Origin: a virus
IMG/VR virus record: IMGVR_UViG_3300003310_000098
Span: 28,717 to 92,716 of that record
Length of the DNA: 64,000 bases
Strand: one strand, 5' to 3'
The first letter of the stretch is position 1. The number at the start of each line of letters is the position of its first letter. Position numbers and translations under genes: made by a program. The notes under the pieces were generated by a model that searched no databases, had not been told where the DNA came from, and was given only the letters and a program-made list of their open reading frames with translations. Below are positions 27,725 to 37,326 of the stretch, piece after piece.

Positions 27725-28049
27725 ATTTATCTGTTAGTTTTTTGATCCTAGCTTTGTGGTCTTTGTCCACCAGACTTTGATACTTTTTAGGAAGAATTTC
27801 TGGTGGTACACGTTCCCAATATCCCCAACTGTCATCATTTTTAGGATGCTGAAATATCATATTGAGTTTCAAATATTTTTCAATGATTTCTTCAACTCTC
27901 TCTTTGGTCAATCCAGAATCACTGGCAATCCCAGAAGTTGACCGCCAAACGTATTTCGGGTTCCTTGCTAAAGATACAAAAAAGGCAAATTCTTCATCCC
28001 CTTCTTTCGTGCCTATTGGATAAATGTCTGTCCATTTCTTTGGTTTCAT
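27723..28049 (-). CDS. Hypothetical (wHTH-like) protein
   Basis: AGGAGG RBS; WRSTSGIASDSGLT. Confidence 0.75.
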   Translation of the reverse strand: MKPKKWTDIYPIGTKEGDEEFAFFVSLARNPKYVWRSTSGIASDSGLTKERVEEIIEKYLKLNMIFQHPKNDDSWGYWERVPPEILPKKYQSLVDKDHKARIKKLTDK

Positions 28050-28113
28050 TTTTCCTCCTAAAATTTGAATCTAAACTATTATATAGATATAGGTTATATT
28101 AGTAAAGGCTATT

Positions 28114-28617
28114 ATGAAAAAGAATAAATTTAACAAGTTAAGTAAAATGCACCATTCACAGGTGCTAGACATGAAGCGAAAAAAAGCTGCTGAAGCAGTC
28201 AAAGGTGATGGTGTATATCTCTTTGTCAATAATACTAGGGGTGATTTAACTCTTCCCAAACCTCCTTTAAAAGGACCAAATCCAGTCCCGCCAGGGAGAA
28301 CTTTTGAGGGGGATAGTTACTTCATGTGCTTAATGAAGACTAATGACGTAAGGTTAATTCAAGTCATTAAACCAGCAGAGGTTAAAACAGTTGCTACATT
28401 GCCTGCGTTACCGAATCTTATTACTGAAAGGGAGGAAACTATGCCACAGAAATTGATTTTAGATCAGCCAGAAACATTTACTCATCAGGGTAAAGTTGAA
28501 CACACAGTACCAGATGGGCCTAATGTTAAGTTGAATGAAAATCAACCAGTGCAGAAACCAGCCGATAGACTTCTAACCGAAGACCCATTGGCAGGTGTTG
28601 AAATCATTCTCAACTAA
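28114..28617 (+). CDS. Hypothetical protein
   Basis: 167-aa ORF followed by terminator. Confidence 0.75.
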   Translation: MKKNKFNKLSKMHHSQVLDMKRKKAAEAVKGDGVYLFVNNTRGDLTLPKPPLKGPNPVPPGRTFEGDSYFMCLMKTNDVRLIQVIKPAEVKTVATLPALPNLITEREETMPQKLILDQPETFTHQGKVEHTVPDGPNVKLNENQPVQKPADRLLTEDPLAGVEIILN

Positions 28618-28627
28618 AAGAAATAAA

Positions 28628-28666
28628 AACAAAAAAACCCAGGTCTTAGACCTGGGTTTTTTTGTT
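28628..28666. terminator. Bidirectional terminator
   Basis: AAAAAAACCCAGGTC-TTA-GACCTGGGTTTTTTT. Confidence 0.8.
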
Positions 28667-28677
28667 AACCATTCATA

Positions 28678-29376
28678 TTAACGGCGAACAACAACTCTGT
28701 TGCCGAATACGCCATTTCTTACAACTACGTTGGCACCGCCTGCTCTTACTGCAACTACGTTGTTACCGAAACCACGATTGACAACAACCGCATTACCAAA
28801 ACCGTTTCTTACAACTACGTTATTGCCGAAAAAACCACGATTGACAACAACCGCATTACCAAAACCAAAGCGATTAACTGCAACTACGTTATTGCCATAA
28901 CCACCGAAGCCAAAACGATTGAATCCTACGCCATACCCGCTGAAGCCGTAGGTGACTGGAGCAGAATATGCAACAGGTGCTGCATAAGCATAAGCCAATG
29001 CTGGTGCAACTGCACCAACTGGAGCGTATGCAACTGGTGCTGGGCATGGATCAGCAACAGGTGCTGAGTATGCAATCGGAGCAGCTAGTGCTGGAGCAGC
29101 TACTGCATAAGGTGCAGCAACTGGATAAGCAACTGGTGCTACAACTGTTACAGGATATGGAACAGCAAATGGTACGCCATAACCATAACCACCAAAGCCT
29201 ACGTTGTGACCATAGCCACCAAAACCAAAGCGATTAAACCCTACATGACCAAAACCACGGTTGACAACAACTGCGTTGTGGCCGAAACCGCTACGAACAA
29301 CAACTGATGCATCAGCTTTTGCCGTACTGAACAGCAACGCTACACCGAGAACCAAACCAATTATCCAAGATTTCAT
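28678..29376 (-). CDS. Secreted low-complexity repeat protein (VVVNRGFG / APVAY repeats)
   Basis: AGGAGG RBS, signal peptide ending ADA, internal repeats. Confidence 0.85.
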   Translation of the reverse strand: MKSWIIGLVLGVALLFSTAKADASVVVRSGFGHNAVVVNRGFGHVGFNRFGFGGYGHNVGFGGYGYGVPFAVPYPVTVVAPVAYPVAAPYAVAAPALAAPIAYSAPVADPCPAPVAYAPVGAVAPALAYAYAAPVAYSAPVTYGFSGYGVGFNRFGFGGYGNNVVAVNRFGFGNAVVVNRGFFGNNVVVRNGFGNAVVVNRGFGNNVVAVRAGGANVVVRNGVFGNRVVVRR

Positions 29377-29444
29377 GAGCCTCCTATAAGTTAAGCCAAA
29401 TTATATACGGTTATGATACCGCAAAAATTTAATCAATCCACTAT

Positions 29445-30272
29445 TTAATTTACACCAATTTGCCTTAACCATTCTAGAATATTGATTCTTTCGTTAGGGG
29501 TAAGGTGAAATGGCGTATCTTTTGGGGGCATATGTTCGCTAACTAGTTCTTCTTTAACACGTCTCCAATTTACGTTTTGGTTTAAATGTCCTGGTTGCGT
29601 AAAAATCTGAAATCCCTTTTTAGAACCCACACCAGTATGACATTGGGAGCATGTCCTGTTCAATGACCCCAAAACGAGTTGTGTTAGTTGTGGGTCAGGT
29701 TGTCCTGGTGCCTGTGTTTGTGGGGGTTGTTGTCCTTGTACAGGAGGTGGACCATTATCACCTTGCCCATCTGCCATCTTATTCATTTCTTCAATTAAAG
29801 CCTTAGCAAGTTCTCTAATCTGATCCTTTCTGCTAAGATTAAATTGGCCGTTAGGCTGTTGCATTCCATATTGGCCCTGTACTTGTGGCTGGTGCATTCC
29901 ATAAGGATATGCTTGTTGATTTGGCATTCCATATTGCTGTACTTGTGGCTGATAACCAAAACCTGGAGCTTGTGGCACGACAGGATATGCTTGTGGGTAT
30001 CCTGTCACAGGGACTGTTGGCACAGCATAAGTAGTTGGCACATACTGGAATTGATATGCAGGAACTAAAACAGGATATGCAAACACAGGTGTAATTACTT
30101 CTTTTACTACTACTGGTGCATGGTGTACGACTGGCGCACAAAATGTTGTGTTACAGTGACTGAATCCAACACCGCATCGACCTCTTCTTCCGAAAGCAAA
30201 CGCATCACTGGTTGCTACAAATAAACTGATGATACCCGCTAATACTAATGTTATAATCGCCCATTTTTTCAT
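29445..30272 (-). CDS. Secreted protein with C-terminal c-type cytochrome domain
   Basis: Signal peptide, P/Q/Y-rich linker, CSQCH ... HMPP ... LT..E...IL.W. Confidence 0.8.
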   Translation of the reverse strand: MKKWAIITLVLAGIISLFVATSDAFAFGRRGRCGVGFSHCNTTFCAPVVHHAPVVVKEVITPVFAYPVLVPAYQFQYVPTTYAVPTVPVTGYPQAYPVVPQAPGFGYQPQVQQYGMPNQQAYPYGMHQPQVQGQYGMQQPNGQFNLSRKDQIRELAKALIEEMNKMADGQGDNGPPPVQGQQPPQTQAPGQPDPQLTQLVLGSLNRTCSQCHTGVGSKKGFQIFTQPGHLNQNVNWRRVKEELVSEHMPPKDTPFHLTPNERINILEWLRQIGVN

Positions 30273-30287
30273 TGTACTCCTTATTGG

Positions 30288-32162
30288 TTATGGCTTAGGC
30301 AAAGGAATAAGTGGTCCAGGTGGAAACTGATCTGCATGTTCCAATCCTTGCTTCCTTGCCATAATCAATATCATAAATCTTTGAAATGATTGTTCCCATT
30401 GGTCCCGTCTAATGGGACGGATCGGGGTTCTCAATAACCCTAGTACCAAATTATCCTTACTAGCCTTTATATATCCATCTAATTGGTTAAATTCTACACC
30501 AATATCTCTCGAAATTTCCTCTGACGTTAAAAGACTCTCAATGTAATTGTTATATATTTCCCCAACAATCCTTGCTACAGTCTCTGATTGCAAACCAGAA
30601 GCTCTTGCAACAGCATCTCTATAAAAATTTTGATCTGCTATAATTTGCTTGTCTAAATCAGAACTGAAAAGGTCTTCAATTCTATAAAAATCTTCCTTTC
30701 TGGTGACTAATAATTTAAGCTCTCTTGGGTTTTTAATCTTGTTTGTTAAGGCACGCACTTCATCATTAATTGGTCTGATACCATCAGCATGACATACAAT
30801 GCAACTTCTTCCAGTTCTTACAACTCGATCTATAGCAGTGTTATCAACTGCAATATCAGGATTTGCAAAATCAATTCTTTTCCCTTGGCCATCTGTCAAG
30901 AAGTAGGCTTGTAAACCGTTAGGCAATGAACCAATATCTTCTGTGGCATCGAACTTTTCATCTAATAAGAATTGAACGTAATTTCTGTCATTGATGGATT
31001 TCAACGAATCATGACTCTTCCAATAATAGCCGCCAGTAAAAGTAGGACTTCTATTAAGAGTCCTATTGTTTCTAGCAACTATAGAGGCAACGACAATAGC
31101 CTTGTCTTGTGACTTAGCCTTAGCAGCAAGCTTCTCATCTGCAAAGATCAGTTTATCAAAATCCTCATCTTTATCTCCTAGCTTCAAAAAGTTATAGTAA
31201 GCAGGAGGAACTATGACATTCGAAATAAACCAATCTAATCTGTATATTGGAAACTCAGAATGTGTAGATTCAACCAGAGTTTTAACAGCTAACTGGTCCA
31301 ACCAAGGAGCTTTATAATCGACTACAAACTTTCTCTTATTAGAAACTGTCTCCTCTACTTCAATTTCTTTTTCAACATCTTTAAATGCTAATGAACCATC
31401 TTTATTCTGGTACTGTTGCCCACGTTCATTTCTCCAAGGTACTCTTTCTGTTACCTTCTTCTTAACTTTTACTTTTTCATAAATCGGCTGATCTATAAAC
31501 ATGTGAAAATAAGGCTCTGGTTGTGGGTGTACACCACTGCCTTTCAACCCTAATTTTTCCCAAGCCTCTGGCAACCATTCATAATCGGCAATATTAAGAC
31601 GAATCAGAGTTTCATCACTCGCCCCTACAAATTCAGGAATATACATCCTTCTTCTTGTGCTTAGAGAATTGACAATGAACGATAAGGTGGCTGCATATTC
31701 TTTTCTTTTCGCTTTAGGAATGTTATAAAGGGAAATGTAACGAATATAAGGCTGTATTTCTTTTGGTATGGTGAGCATATCACCAGTAGCAAAAATCACA
31801 GCACTATTTGGGCCATACAGAATTTCTGGTTGCTGCGGTTGTTGAACAAGAGCAGGTGGACCAACATTTACTGGATTTGCTTGATGCCCAACAGGGGGTG
31901 TAAAAGTGCTTACAGATGGGGGCGGTGTTAGTGGCTCAACCAACTTAGGCAGTTCTACTATGTGGCTATCTTTAGGTTGGTAGACCTCAGCCTTCGATGT
32001 TTGTATTGGCATAGAAACTGGTTGTGCATTGCCAGTTTTTGCTTGCAAATCAGTAATAACTGCCTCAGTTTTATGTTCTTTGTTGCGTGCTGCTGCCAAT
32101 ACAAAAACTGTAACGGCAGCAGCTATCGCAACAAAAGACATAAATATACTAAATTTTTTCAT
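30288..32162 (-). CDS. Large secreted/anchored protein with CxxCH heme-c motif
   Basis: N-terminal hydrophobic segment; LPNGLQAYFL.DGQG.RID...SCIVCHADG. Confidence 0.8.
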   Translation of the reverse strand: MKKFSIFMSFVAIAAAVTVFVLAAARNKEHKTEAVITDLQAKTGNAQPVSMPIQTSKAEVYQPKDSHIVELPKLVEPLTPPPSVSTFTPPVGHQANPVNVGPPALVQQPQQPEILYGPNSAVIFATGDMLTIPKEIQPYIRYISLYNIPKAKRKEYAATLSFIVNSLSTRRRMYIPEFVGASDETLIRLNIADYEWLPEAWEKLGLKGSGVHPQPEPYFHMFIDQPIYEKVKVKKKVTERVPWRNERGQQYQNKDGSLAFKDVEKEIEVEETVSNKRKFVVDYKAPWLDQLAVKTLVESTHSEFPIYRLDWFISNVIVPPAYYNFLKLGDKDEDFDKLIFADEKLAAKAKSQDKAIVVASIVARNNRTLNRSPTFTGGYYWKSHDSLKSINDRNYVQFLLDEKFDATEDIGSLPNGLQAYFLTDGQGKRIDFANPDIAVDNTAIDRVVRTGRSCIVCHADGIRPINDEVRALTNKIKNPRELKLLVTRKEDFYRIEDLFSSDLDKQIIADQNFYRDAVARASGLQSETVARIVGEIYNNYIESLLTSEEISRDIGVEFNQLDGYIKASKDNLVLGLLRTPIRPIRRDQWEQSFQRFMILIMARKQGLEHADQFPPGPLIPLPKP

Positions 32163-32171
32163 TCCACATCA

Positions 32172-32606
32172 TTATTGTTTTGGCTTTAAAGCATTCAAGA
32201 TCAATTGTACAAAGAACTGCATAAGCTGGTCCCCGTACTTTTCCAGAAGAACTGGAAGATATTTTTCTATAATCATTGGCATATACTTCTCAATGAGAAT
32301 CTGTATTACGCCAGCGTCAAGACCCTGAATTAAATCGCCACCATTGGTGACAACATCGCCAGTGAGTACCTCACCAGTTGCAGCCATTCTCATAGCTTGG
32401 TGTTGAGCGAACAGAGACACCAAGAATTCCAAGAAAGCAGGGCCGAACTTCGTCAGCACTTCAACAACGAAAGCAACACTAAATCCATTACGGGCAGCTT
32501 CGATACAGAGGGCCAATACTGCATCACCATACTTGGTGAGAACATCAGCTACCCAACCTCCGTCAAACCCGAAATTACTTGCACTAAGTTTCAAATCTTC
32601 AGACAT
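32172..32606 (-). CDS. Amphipathic/hydrophobic helical-repeat protein
   Basis: Repeated (V/L/I)(T/E)K(Y/F)(G/M/L)(D/P) helices; AAGGAG RBS. Confidence 0.75.
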   Translation of the reverse strand: MSEDLKLSASNFGFDGGWVADVLTKYGDAVLALCIEAARNGFSVAFVVEVLTKFGPAFLEFLVSLFAQHQAMRMAATGEVLTGDVVTNGGDLIQGLDAGVIQILIEKYMPMIIEKYLPVLLEKYGDQLMQFFVQLILNALKPKQ

Positions 32607-32615
32607 TTTAACTCC

Positions 32616-33452
32616 TTAATTAGTTACAACAGGAACATCATCCACAGGATTGCTATCTTGTGGGTCATCAATAATGGACTGAATCGCAAAAGCGTCTGGA
32701 TTCATCTTTTGGAAATGCCCCTTCTGCAAATAACAGAAGCCTTTCATACCAAACCTAGTACCCCAGCTATTTTGTATCTTAATCAACCAACCATATCTGG
32801 AAGATTTCTTAAGACCCATTCCCAAAATACAATGACCACCACCACCTTGTCCACTAGGCAATGGAGCAACGCCTTCGTTATCTAAATTAGAAAAATTGTT
32901 ACCAACAAAAATTCCTAACGGGCATACAAAACCCAATGTAATTGCAGCACAAATCTCTTCAAAAGACCCGCAATGATAAGCTTGTGCTAATCTAAATCTC
33001 TTAGCAACCTCAAAAGCAGATTGTGGAAACTGATTCTTAAACATTGCACCAGCAGGAATATCACCCATTCGGCATATTCCATACTGCATCAAAGCCTTTA
33101 ATCCATCAGAAATCATAGCCCCCGCATCCCTGCCACCATTAATAAGTCCATAAGTGAAATATGGAGAAAACGGAATAAGCTGTCGTCCTGATTGTGCATA
33201 ACAAGTTTCCATGCCAGAGCATGTTCCCTGTCCTACGCATGAGCTAGTCATGCCTTGATCTTGAATTGGCGCTTTATACCAAGACAAATCAATTTCACGC
33301 CATTGTGACGGGTCTAATGGAGCAGCCATTGATGTGCCAAATCTTGGAAATTGTGACACACTAGTTTCAGTTTCAGGCAGACACGCTAAAACTCTATAAA
33401 CACCATCAAATTTGACGGATGGCAAACTGCTAATCGAAAACTTACCTATCAT
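32616..33452 (-). CDS. Papain-like cysteine protease (C1A)
   Basis: DQGMTSSCVG, GGHC, QNSWG. Confidence 0.92.
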   Translation of the reverse strand: MIGKFSISSLPSVKFDGVYRVLACLPETETSVSQFPRFGTSMAAPLDPSQWREIDLSWYKAPIQDQGMTSSCVGQGTCSGMETCYAQSGRQLIPFSPYFTYGLINGGRDAGAMISDGLKALMQYGICRMGDIPAGAMFKNQFPQSAFEVAKRFRLAQAYHCGSFEEICAAITLGFVCPLGIFVGNNFSNLDNEGVAPLPSGQGGGGHCILGMGLKKSSRYGWLIKIQNSWGTRFGMKGFCYLQKGHFQKMNPDAFAIQSIIDDPQDSNPVDDVPVVTN

Positions 33453-34198
33453 TATTGTCCCCCTAATACTGAATTTAGATATTGTAAAACTTCCGCCTCT
33501 GTTCTAGGTATGCGTGTTGGTTGGCCTTTAATATTACCACCATTATCTTGTACAATCATAATCGGTATGCCACCCCACTTTTGAACCACTTTATCAAGAC
33601 CTTTTTCCTTTAGAACAGGTGAATTAGCATCGTATAATCTGTAATAAGCGTTCTTAGAAGTAATTGTTTCCCTGATCTTTTGCGAATTAAGAATCTGTGC
33701 TAGTTCAGGTGTTGAATTATTCAAATCAGCCACAAAAGTTACATGAAACGGTGCCCCAACAACTGGTCCAGGTGGATTTGGCCCTGGCGGGTTCGGTCCA
33801 GGTGGCACAGGAACATTACCACCAGTAATTGTGATATTGGTTCTTGCGAAATCAGTTAATTTGCCATCGACCAAACCAACCGCAAAAATGTTAATCAACC
33901 CACCTTGCGGAGGAATTGAAATAACGATAGTATTGCCTTGTGGTAGAGTGAAATACTTGATCTTGATTGCACTTACCACAAGCCATTTCACTTCACCCTT
34001 GCACTTCGCTTGGATGGTGATAAATCCTTCGTCGTTTTTTACAGTTTGGTCAGCAGGCAACTCGATTCCATCAAGTTTATTGCCAGCAGCCATCAAAGGG
34101 GTAACTGTTGGGACTGTAACCGATGGAGGGCTTTGCGATAATGCTGGAGATATTAAACCTAAAAGAAGAACACTACAGAGCAATTTTTTATAGATCAT
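33452..34198 (-). CDS. Secreted protein: beta-rich domain, PPGPN linker, thioredoxin-like C-domain
   Basis: GAAGGTGA RBS before MIYKKLLCSVLLLG signal peptide. Confidence 0.8.
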   Translation of the reverse strand: MIYKKLLCSVLLLGLISPALSQSPPSVTVPTVTPLMAAGNKLDGIELPADQTVKNDEGFITIQAKCKGEVKWLVVSAIKIKYFTLPQGNTIVISIPPQGGLINIFAVGLVDGKLTDFARTNITITGGNVPVPPGPNPPGPNPPGPVVGAPFHVTFVADLNNSTPELAQILNSQKIRETITSKNAYYRLYDANSPVLKEKGLDKVVQKWGGIPIMIVQDNGGNIKGQPTRIPRTEAEVLQYLNSVLGGQ

Positions 34199-34265
34199 AT
34201 TCACCTTCTTGTAATCAGTCTTTAAAGTAGTAATATTCCAAAAATTAAGCAAGAAATTTTTTTTC

Positions 34266-34293
34266 TTTACGAACCTGGAATTTGTGCTATCAT
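34266..34293 (+). promoter_or_regulatory. Sigma70-type promoter
   Basis: TTTACG-N16-TATCAT with TG extension. Confidence 0.6.
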
Positions 34294-34309
34294 GGATGAG
34301 GAGGTAACT

Positions 34310-34675
34310 ATGAGCATTTATGCAACTGGCTGGGAACTGCGATTGGCTGTAGGGCATGGCTGGCCTAGCGATAAATGGGTCGAAGTGTACGCACAATTCG
34401 TGCCAGCACACATCGGACGGCCCGAAGAGGGTTACACAGAAGACCCTTACGCCGATTTTCTACCACCAGTCGTGCCTGAAAGCTTAGCTGTACCGAGTGA
34501 TGACGAAGAAGAAATTCCACATAGAGCCATCGTCGTAGTTCAACGGGGACATGAAAAGAAAGATGGACAAAAGTACATCAACCCTGTACTCACGATGAGT
34601 TATGTGGAATACAAAAAAATGACGTTCGATGATTTCTTGAGTTTAATTTACAGTAATCTGAAAGAGGTAAAATAA
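34310..34675 (+). CDS. Hypothetical early protein
   Basis: GAGGAGGT RBS. Confidence 0.8.
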   Translation: MSIYATGWELRLAVGHGWPSDKWVEVYAQFVPAHIGRPEEGYTEDPYADFLPPVVPESLAVPSDDEEEIPHRAIVVVQRGHEKKDGQKYINPVLTMSYVEYKKMTFDDFLSLIYSNLKEVK

Positions 34676-35673
34676 TGTCAACGCATACTTGTCCAGTAGT
34701 TCCAATTATCCTTGAAAAACACAATAACGCTGATTCTTTGTCAGTTGTTCGTGTCAAAGGCTTTACTTACGTTGCACGAACCGAAGACTGGCTTAACCAT
34801 CCGCTTGGCGTTTGGATTGAACCAGATATGGTTGTTCCTGCTGACCGTCCAGAGTTTGCATGGCTTGAGAAGTCTCACAAGCTTATTGAAAACAATGGCG
34901 TCAAGGGCTACCGTATCAAGGTCAAGCGTCTTCGTGGCGTCATGTCTATGGGTCTTATGACGCCTGCGCCAGAAGGTGCCAAGGAAGGTGACGACCTTAT
35001 GGCACATTTCGGTATTGTGCGTTACGAACCGCCAATGCCGTTGTCAACGTTTGGTGAAGCTACCAAGCCACCGCCTGGCGTTCGCTACTGCTACGATGTA
35101 GAGAATGCCTACAACTTCGCCCATCTTTTCACGGATGGTGAAGAAGTTGTCGCCACTGAAAAGGTGCATGGTGCAAACGGACGCTTCGCTTATGTGCCAG
35201 AAATTGGCATGTTTGCTGGTAGTCGTACTGAGTGGAAGCGTCAGAACGATACAAATCTTTGGTGGAAGGCATTGTCCTCTCATCCAGAAGTCGAAGCGTT
35301 CTGCAAGTTGAACCCTGAAATTACCGTATACGGTGAAGTCTTTGGACAAGTCCAAGACCTTACCTACGGTTTTGAAAAGGGTAAGGTTAGCATTATCGTG
35401 TTTGACCTTCTTCGCAATGGCGAGTGGGTTGACCATGATGAAGCTAGGGAAATCGGTAAGACCCTCCCTTGGGTTCCAATTATTTACCGTGGACCTTGGG
35501 AAAAGGAAAAGGTCTTTGCCCTTGCAGATGGCAAGTCTGAAGTTGCCAAGGTCAAGGGTAAAGACCAGATTCGTGAAGGTATTGTTGTCAAGCCGCTCAA
35601 GGAACGCAGTAATCTTGAAATTGGTCGAACCCAACTCAAGATTGTTTCTAACGCATACCTTGAGCGAGCGTAG
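34675..35673 (+). CDS. RNA ligase (DRB0094/Rnl5-like, N-terminal OB domain)
   Basis: HNNADSL, RLRGVMSMG, EKVHGAN (motif I), GEVFG, FD, REGIVVK, LKIVS. Confidence 0.9.
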   Translation: MSTHTCPVVPIILEKHNNADSLSVVRVKGFTYVARTEDWLNHPLGVWIEPDMVVPADRPEFAWLEKSHKLIENNGVKGYRIKVKRLRGVMSMGLMTPAPEGAKEGDDLMAHFGIVRYEPPMPLSTFGEATKPPPGVRYCYDVENAYNFAHLFTDGEEVVATEKVHGANGRFAYVPEIGMFAGSRTEWKRQNDTNLWWKALSSHPEVEAFCKLNPEITVYGEVFGQVQDLTYGFEKGKVSIIVFDLLRNGEWVDHDEAREIGKTLPWVPIIYRGPWEKEKVFALADGKSEVAKVKGKDQIREGIVVKPLKERSNLEIGRTQLKIVSNAYLERA

Positions 35674-35675
35674 TT

Positions 35676-35711
35676 TAAAAGCATGGGTATCTTCGGATAC
35701 CCATGCTTTTA
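35676..35711 (+). terminator. Terminator/stabilising hairpin with UUCG loop
   Basis: AAAAGCATGGGTATC-TTCG-GATACCCATGCTTTT. Confidence 0.8.
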
Positions 35712-35724
35712 TTTGGAGGATTAA

Positions 35725-36537
35725 ATGGCATCTGATAAAACCGATATCGGAAACCGAATGAAGTATTACGAAGGGTTTGAAACCCGTCGTAGACTCATGC
35801 CTCTATCTCCTGCTGTCTGTCGCTTAGATGGGAAGAACTTCCACAACTTTTGCCGTGGTCTTAAAAGACCGTATGATGAACGGCTGTCAAAGGTTATGGC
35901 AGAACTTACTGCTTATATTGCAAAGGAATTTTGTGCAGTTGCAGGATATACTCAGAGTGATGAAATTACTTTGGCGTGGAACCAGGAAAAATTCGATTCT
36001 GAAATTTTCTGTGATGGCAAGATTCAGAAAATGAATTCTTTATTGGCGGCAAGAACTTCCGTCAAGTTTAATTCATTAATCAAGGATGCCATTCCAGAAA
36101 AGGCCCACATGGAGCCTATTTTCGATTGCCGAATTTTCTCTCTGCCAAACAAGACCGAGGCTGCAAACGTCTTCATGTGGAGAGAAATTGACGCAACTCG
36201 AAATAGTGTGCAGATGGCTGGGCGAGCTTATTTCTCACACAATGAAGTGACAAATAGGAATGGTTCTGAAATTCAGGAAATGTTGTTCCAAAAAAAGGGA
36301 ATTAATTGGAACGAATATCCTGCATTTTTCAAGCGTGGTACTTATATCATCAAGAAGAAGATTCTCAGCAAGTTCGAGAACATTGATGAATTACCACCAG
36401 AACACGCTGCCAGGAAAAATCCTGATTTAATGGTTGAAAGAACCAAATACATCAGGTACGATATGCCTCCGTTCGGAAAGGTCATCAACCGCGAAGGCGT
36501 GTTGTTTTCTGGTGAAGAACCACAAGTAAATGCTTAA
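35725..36537 (+). CDS. tRNA-His guanylyltransferase Thg1-like (3'-5' polymerase)
   Basis: RMKYYE, RLDGKNFH, YTQSDEI, FDCR, WREIDATRNS. Confidence 0.92.
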   Translation: MASDKTDIGNRMKYYEGFETRRRLMPLSPAVCRLDGKNFHNFCRGLKRPYDERLSKVMAELTAYIAKEFCAVAGYTQSDEITLAWNQEKFDSEIFCDGKIQKMNSLLAARTSVKFNSLIKDAIPEKAHMEPIFDCRIFSLPNKTEAANVFMWREIDATRNSVQMAGRAYFSHNEVTNRNGSEIQEMLFQKKGINWNEYPAFFKRGTYIIKKKILSKFENIDELPPEHAARKNPDLMVERTKYIRYDMPPFGKVINREGVLFSGEEPQVNA

Positions 36538-36545
36538 CTACGCTT

Positions 36546-36761
36546 ATGGATATTGCATTTTTTATGGGACTGGTTGCTGGATTCCTGATAGGCATGGGGT
36601 TCAGTATTTTTATCTGTAGGCATGTTAAAAAAAGCGTTTATGAAGGTCTGATAGATGCTATGTCGGCTCCTAAGAAAAGGAGGAAGGACAGTCTATTGGA
36701 TAATGACGACGATGACGCGGCGAACTTTTGGAAACCAAAAGGCTGGAAGCCCAATGAATAA
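36546..36761 (+). CDS. Small membrane protein
   Basis: N-terminal TM. Confidence 0.65.
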   Translation: MDIAFFMGLVAGFLIGMGFSIFICRHVKKSVYEGLIDAMSAPKKRRKDSLLDNDDDDAANFWKPKGWKPNE

Positions 36762-37326
36762 GAGAGAAATGCTGAATCTTTTAAACGAAAAGGTTTGCCA
36801 GTGTACAAAGTGTCCAGAGTTAGTAGCCAATAGAACGCAAACTGTCCTAGACTCAGGTTCGCCTGAGTCTAGGATTTTATTTATTGGTGAAGCTCCTGGC
36901 CAAAATGAAGATGAACAAGGGGAAGTGTTCGTCGGCAAAGCAGGCCAATTACTTACCAATATCATTTCCTCGCTGGGGCTTGATAGGAAAACCGATACCT
37001 ATATAATTAACCCAATCAAATGCCGACCACCAGATAACCGTAAGCCTTCTAAAATTGAATTGGAAAACTGCGCACCATTCTTCAAATTACAAATTAAAAT
37101 CGCTAACCCCAAGTTCATAGTATGTATGGGGGCAATAGCCGCAAAAGCCCTACTGGACCTGGAAGAATCAGTTGGCATGATGCGGGGCAGATGGTTTAAA
37201 TATGAAGATGGTATCGTGAATGCTGATGTACTAGTAACTTATCATCCTAGTTATTTACTGCGTAATCCTAATGCAAAGAAAGATGTTGCAGCGGATATGC
37301 AGCTTTTATTAGAAAAAGTTAAATAG
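36754..37326 (+). CDS. Uracil-DNA glycosylase family 4 (4Fe-4S)
   Basis: CTKC, GEAPG..ED, KCRPP.NR, YHPSYL. Confidence 0.93.
   Translation: MNKREMLNLLNEKVCQCTKCPELVANRTQTVLDSGSPESRILFIGEAPGQNEDEQGEVFVGKAGQLLTNIISSLGLDRKTDTYIINPIKCRPPDNRKPSKIELENCAPFFKLQIKIANPKFIVCMGAIAAKALLDLEESVGMMRGRWFKYEDGIVNADVLVTYHPSYLLRNPNAKKDVAADMQLLLEKVK

Noticed and set aside
34199..34411. Extended N-terminus of ORF 33452..34411
   Set aside because: Overlaps a divergent gene and promoter; RBS and signal peptide place the start at 34198
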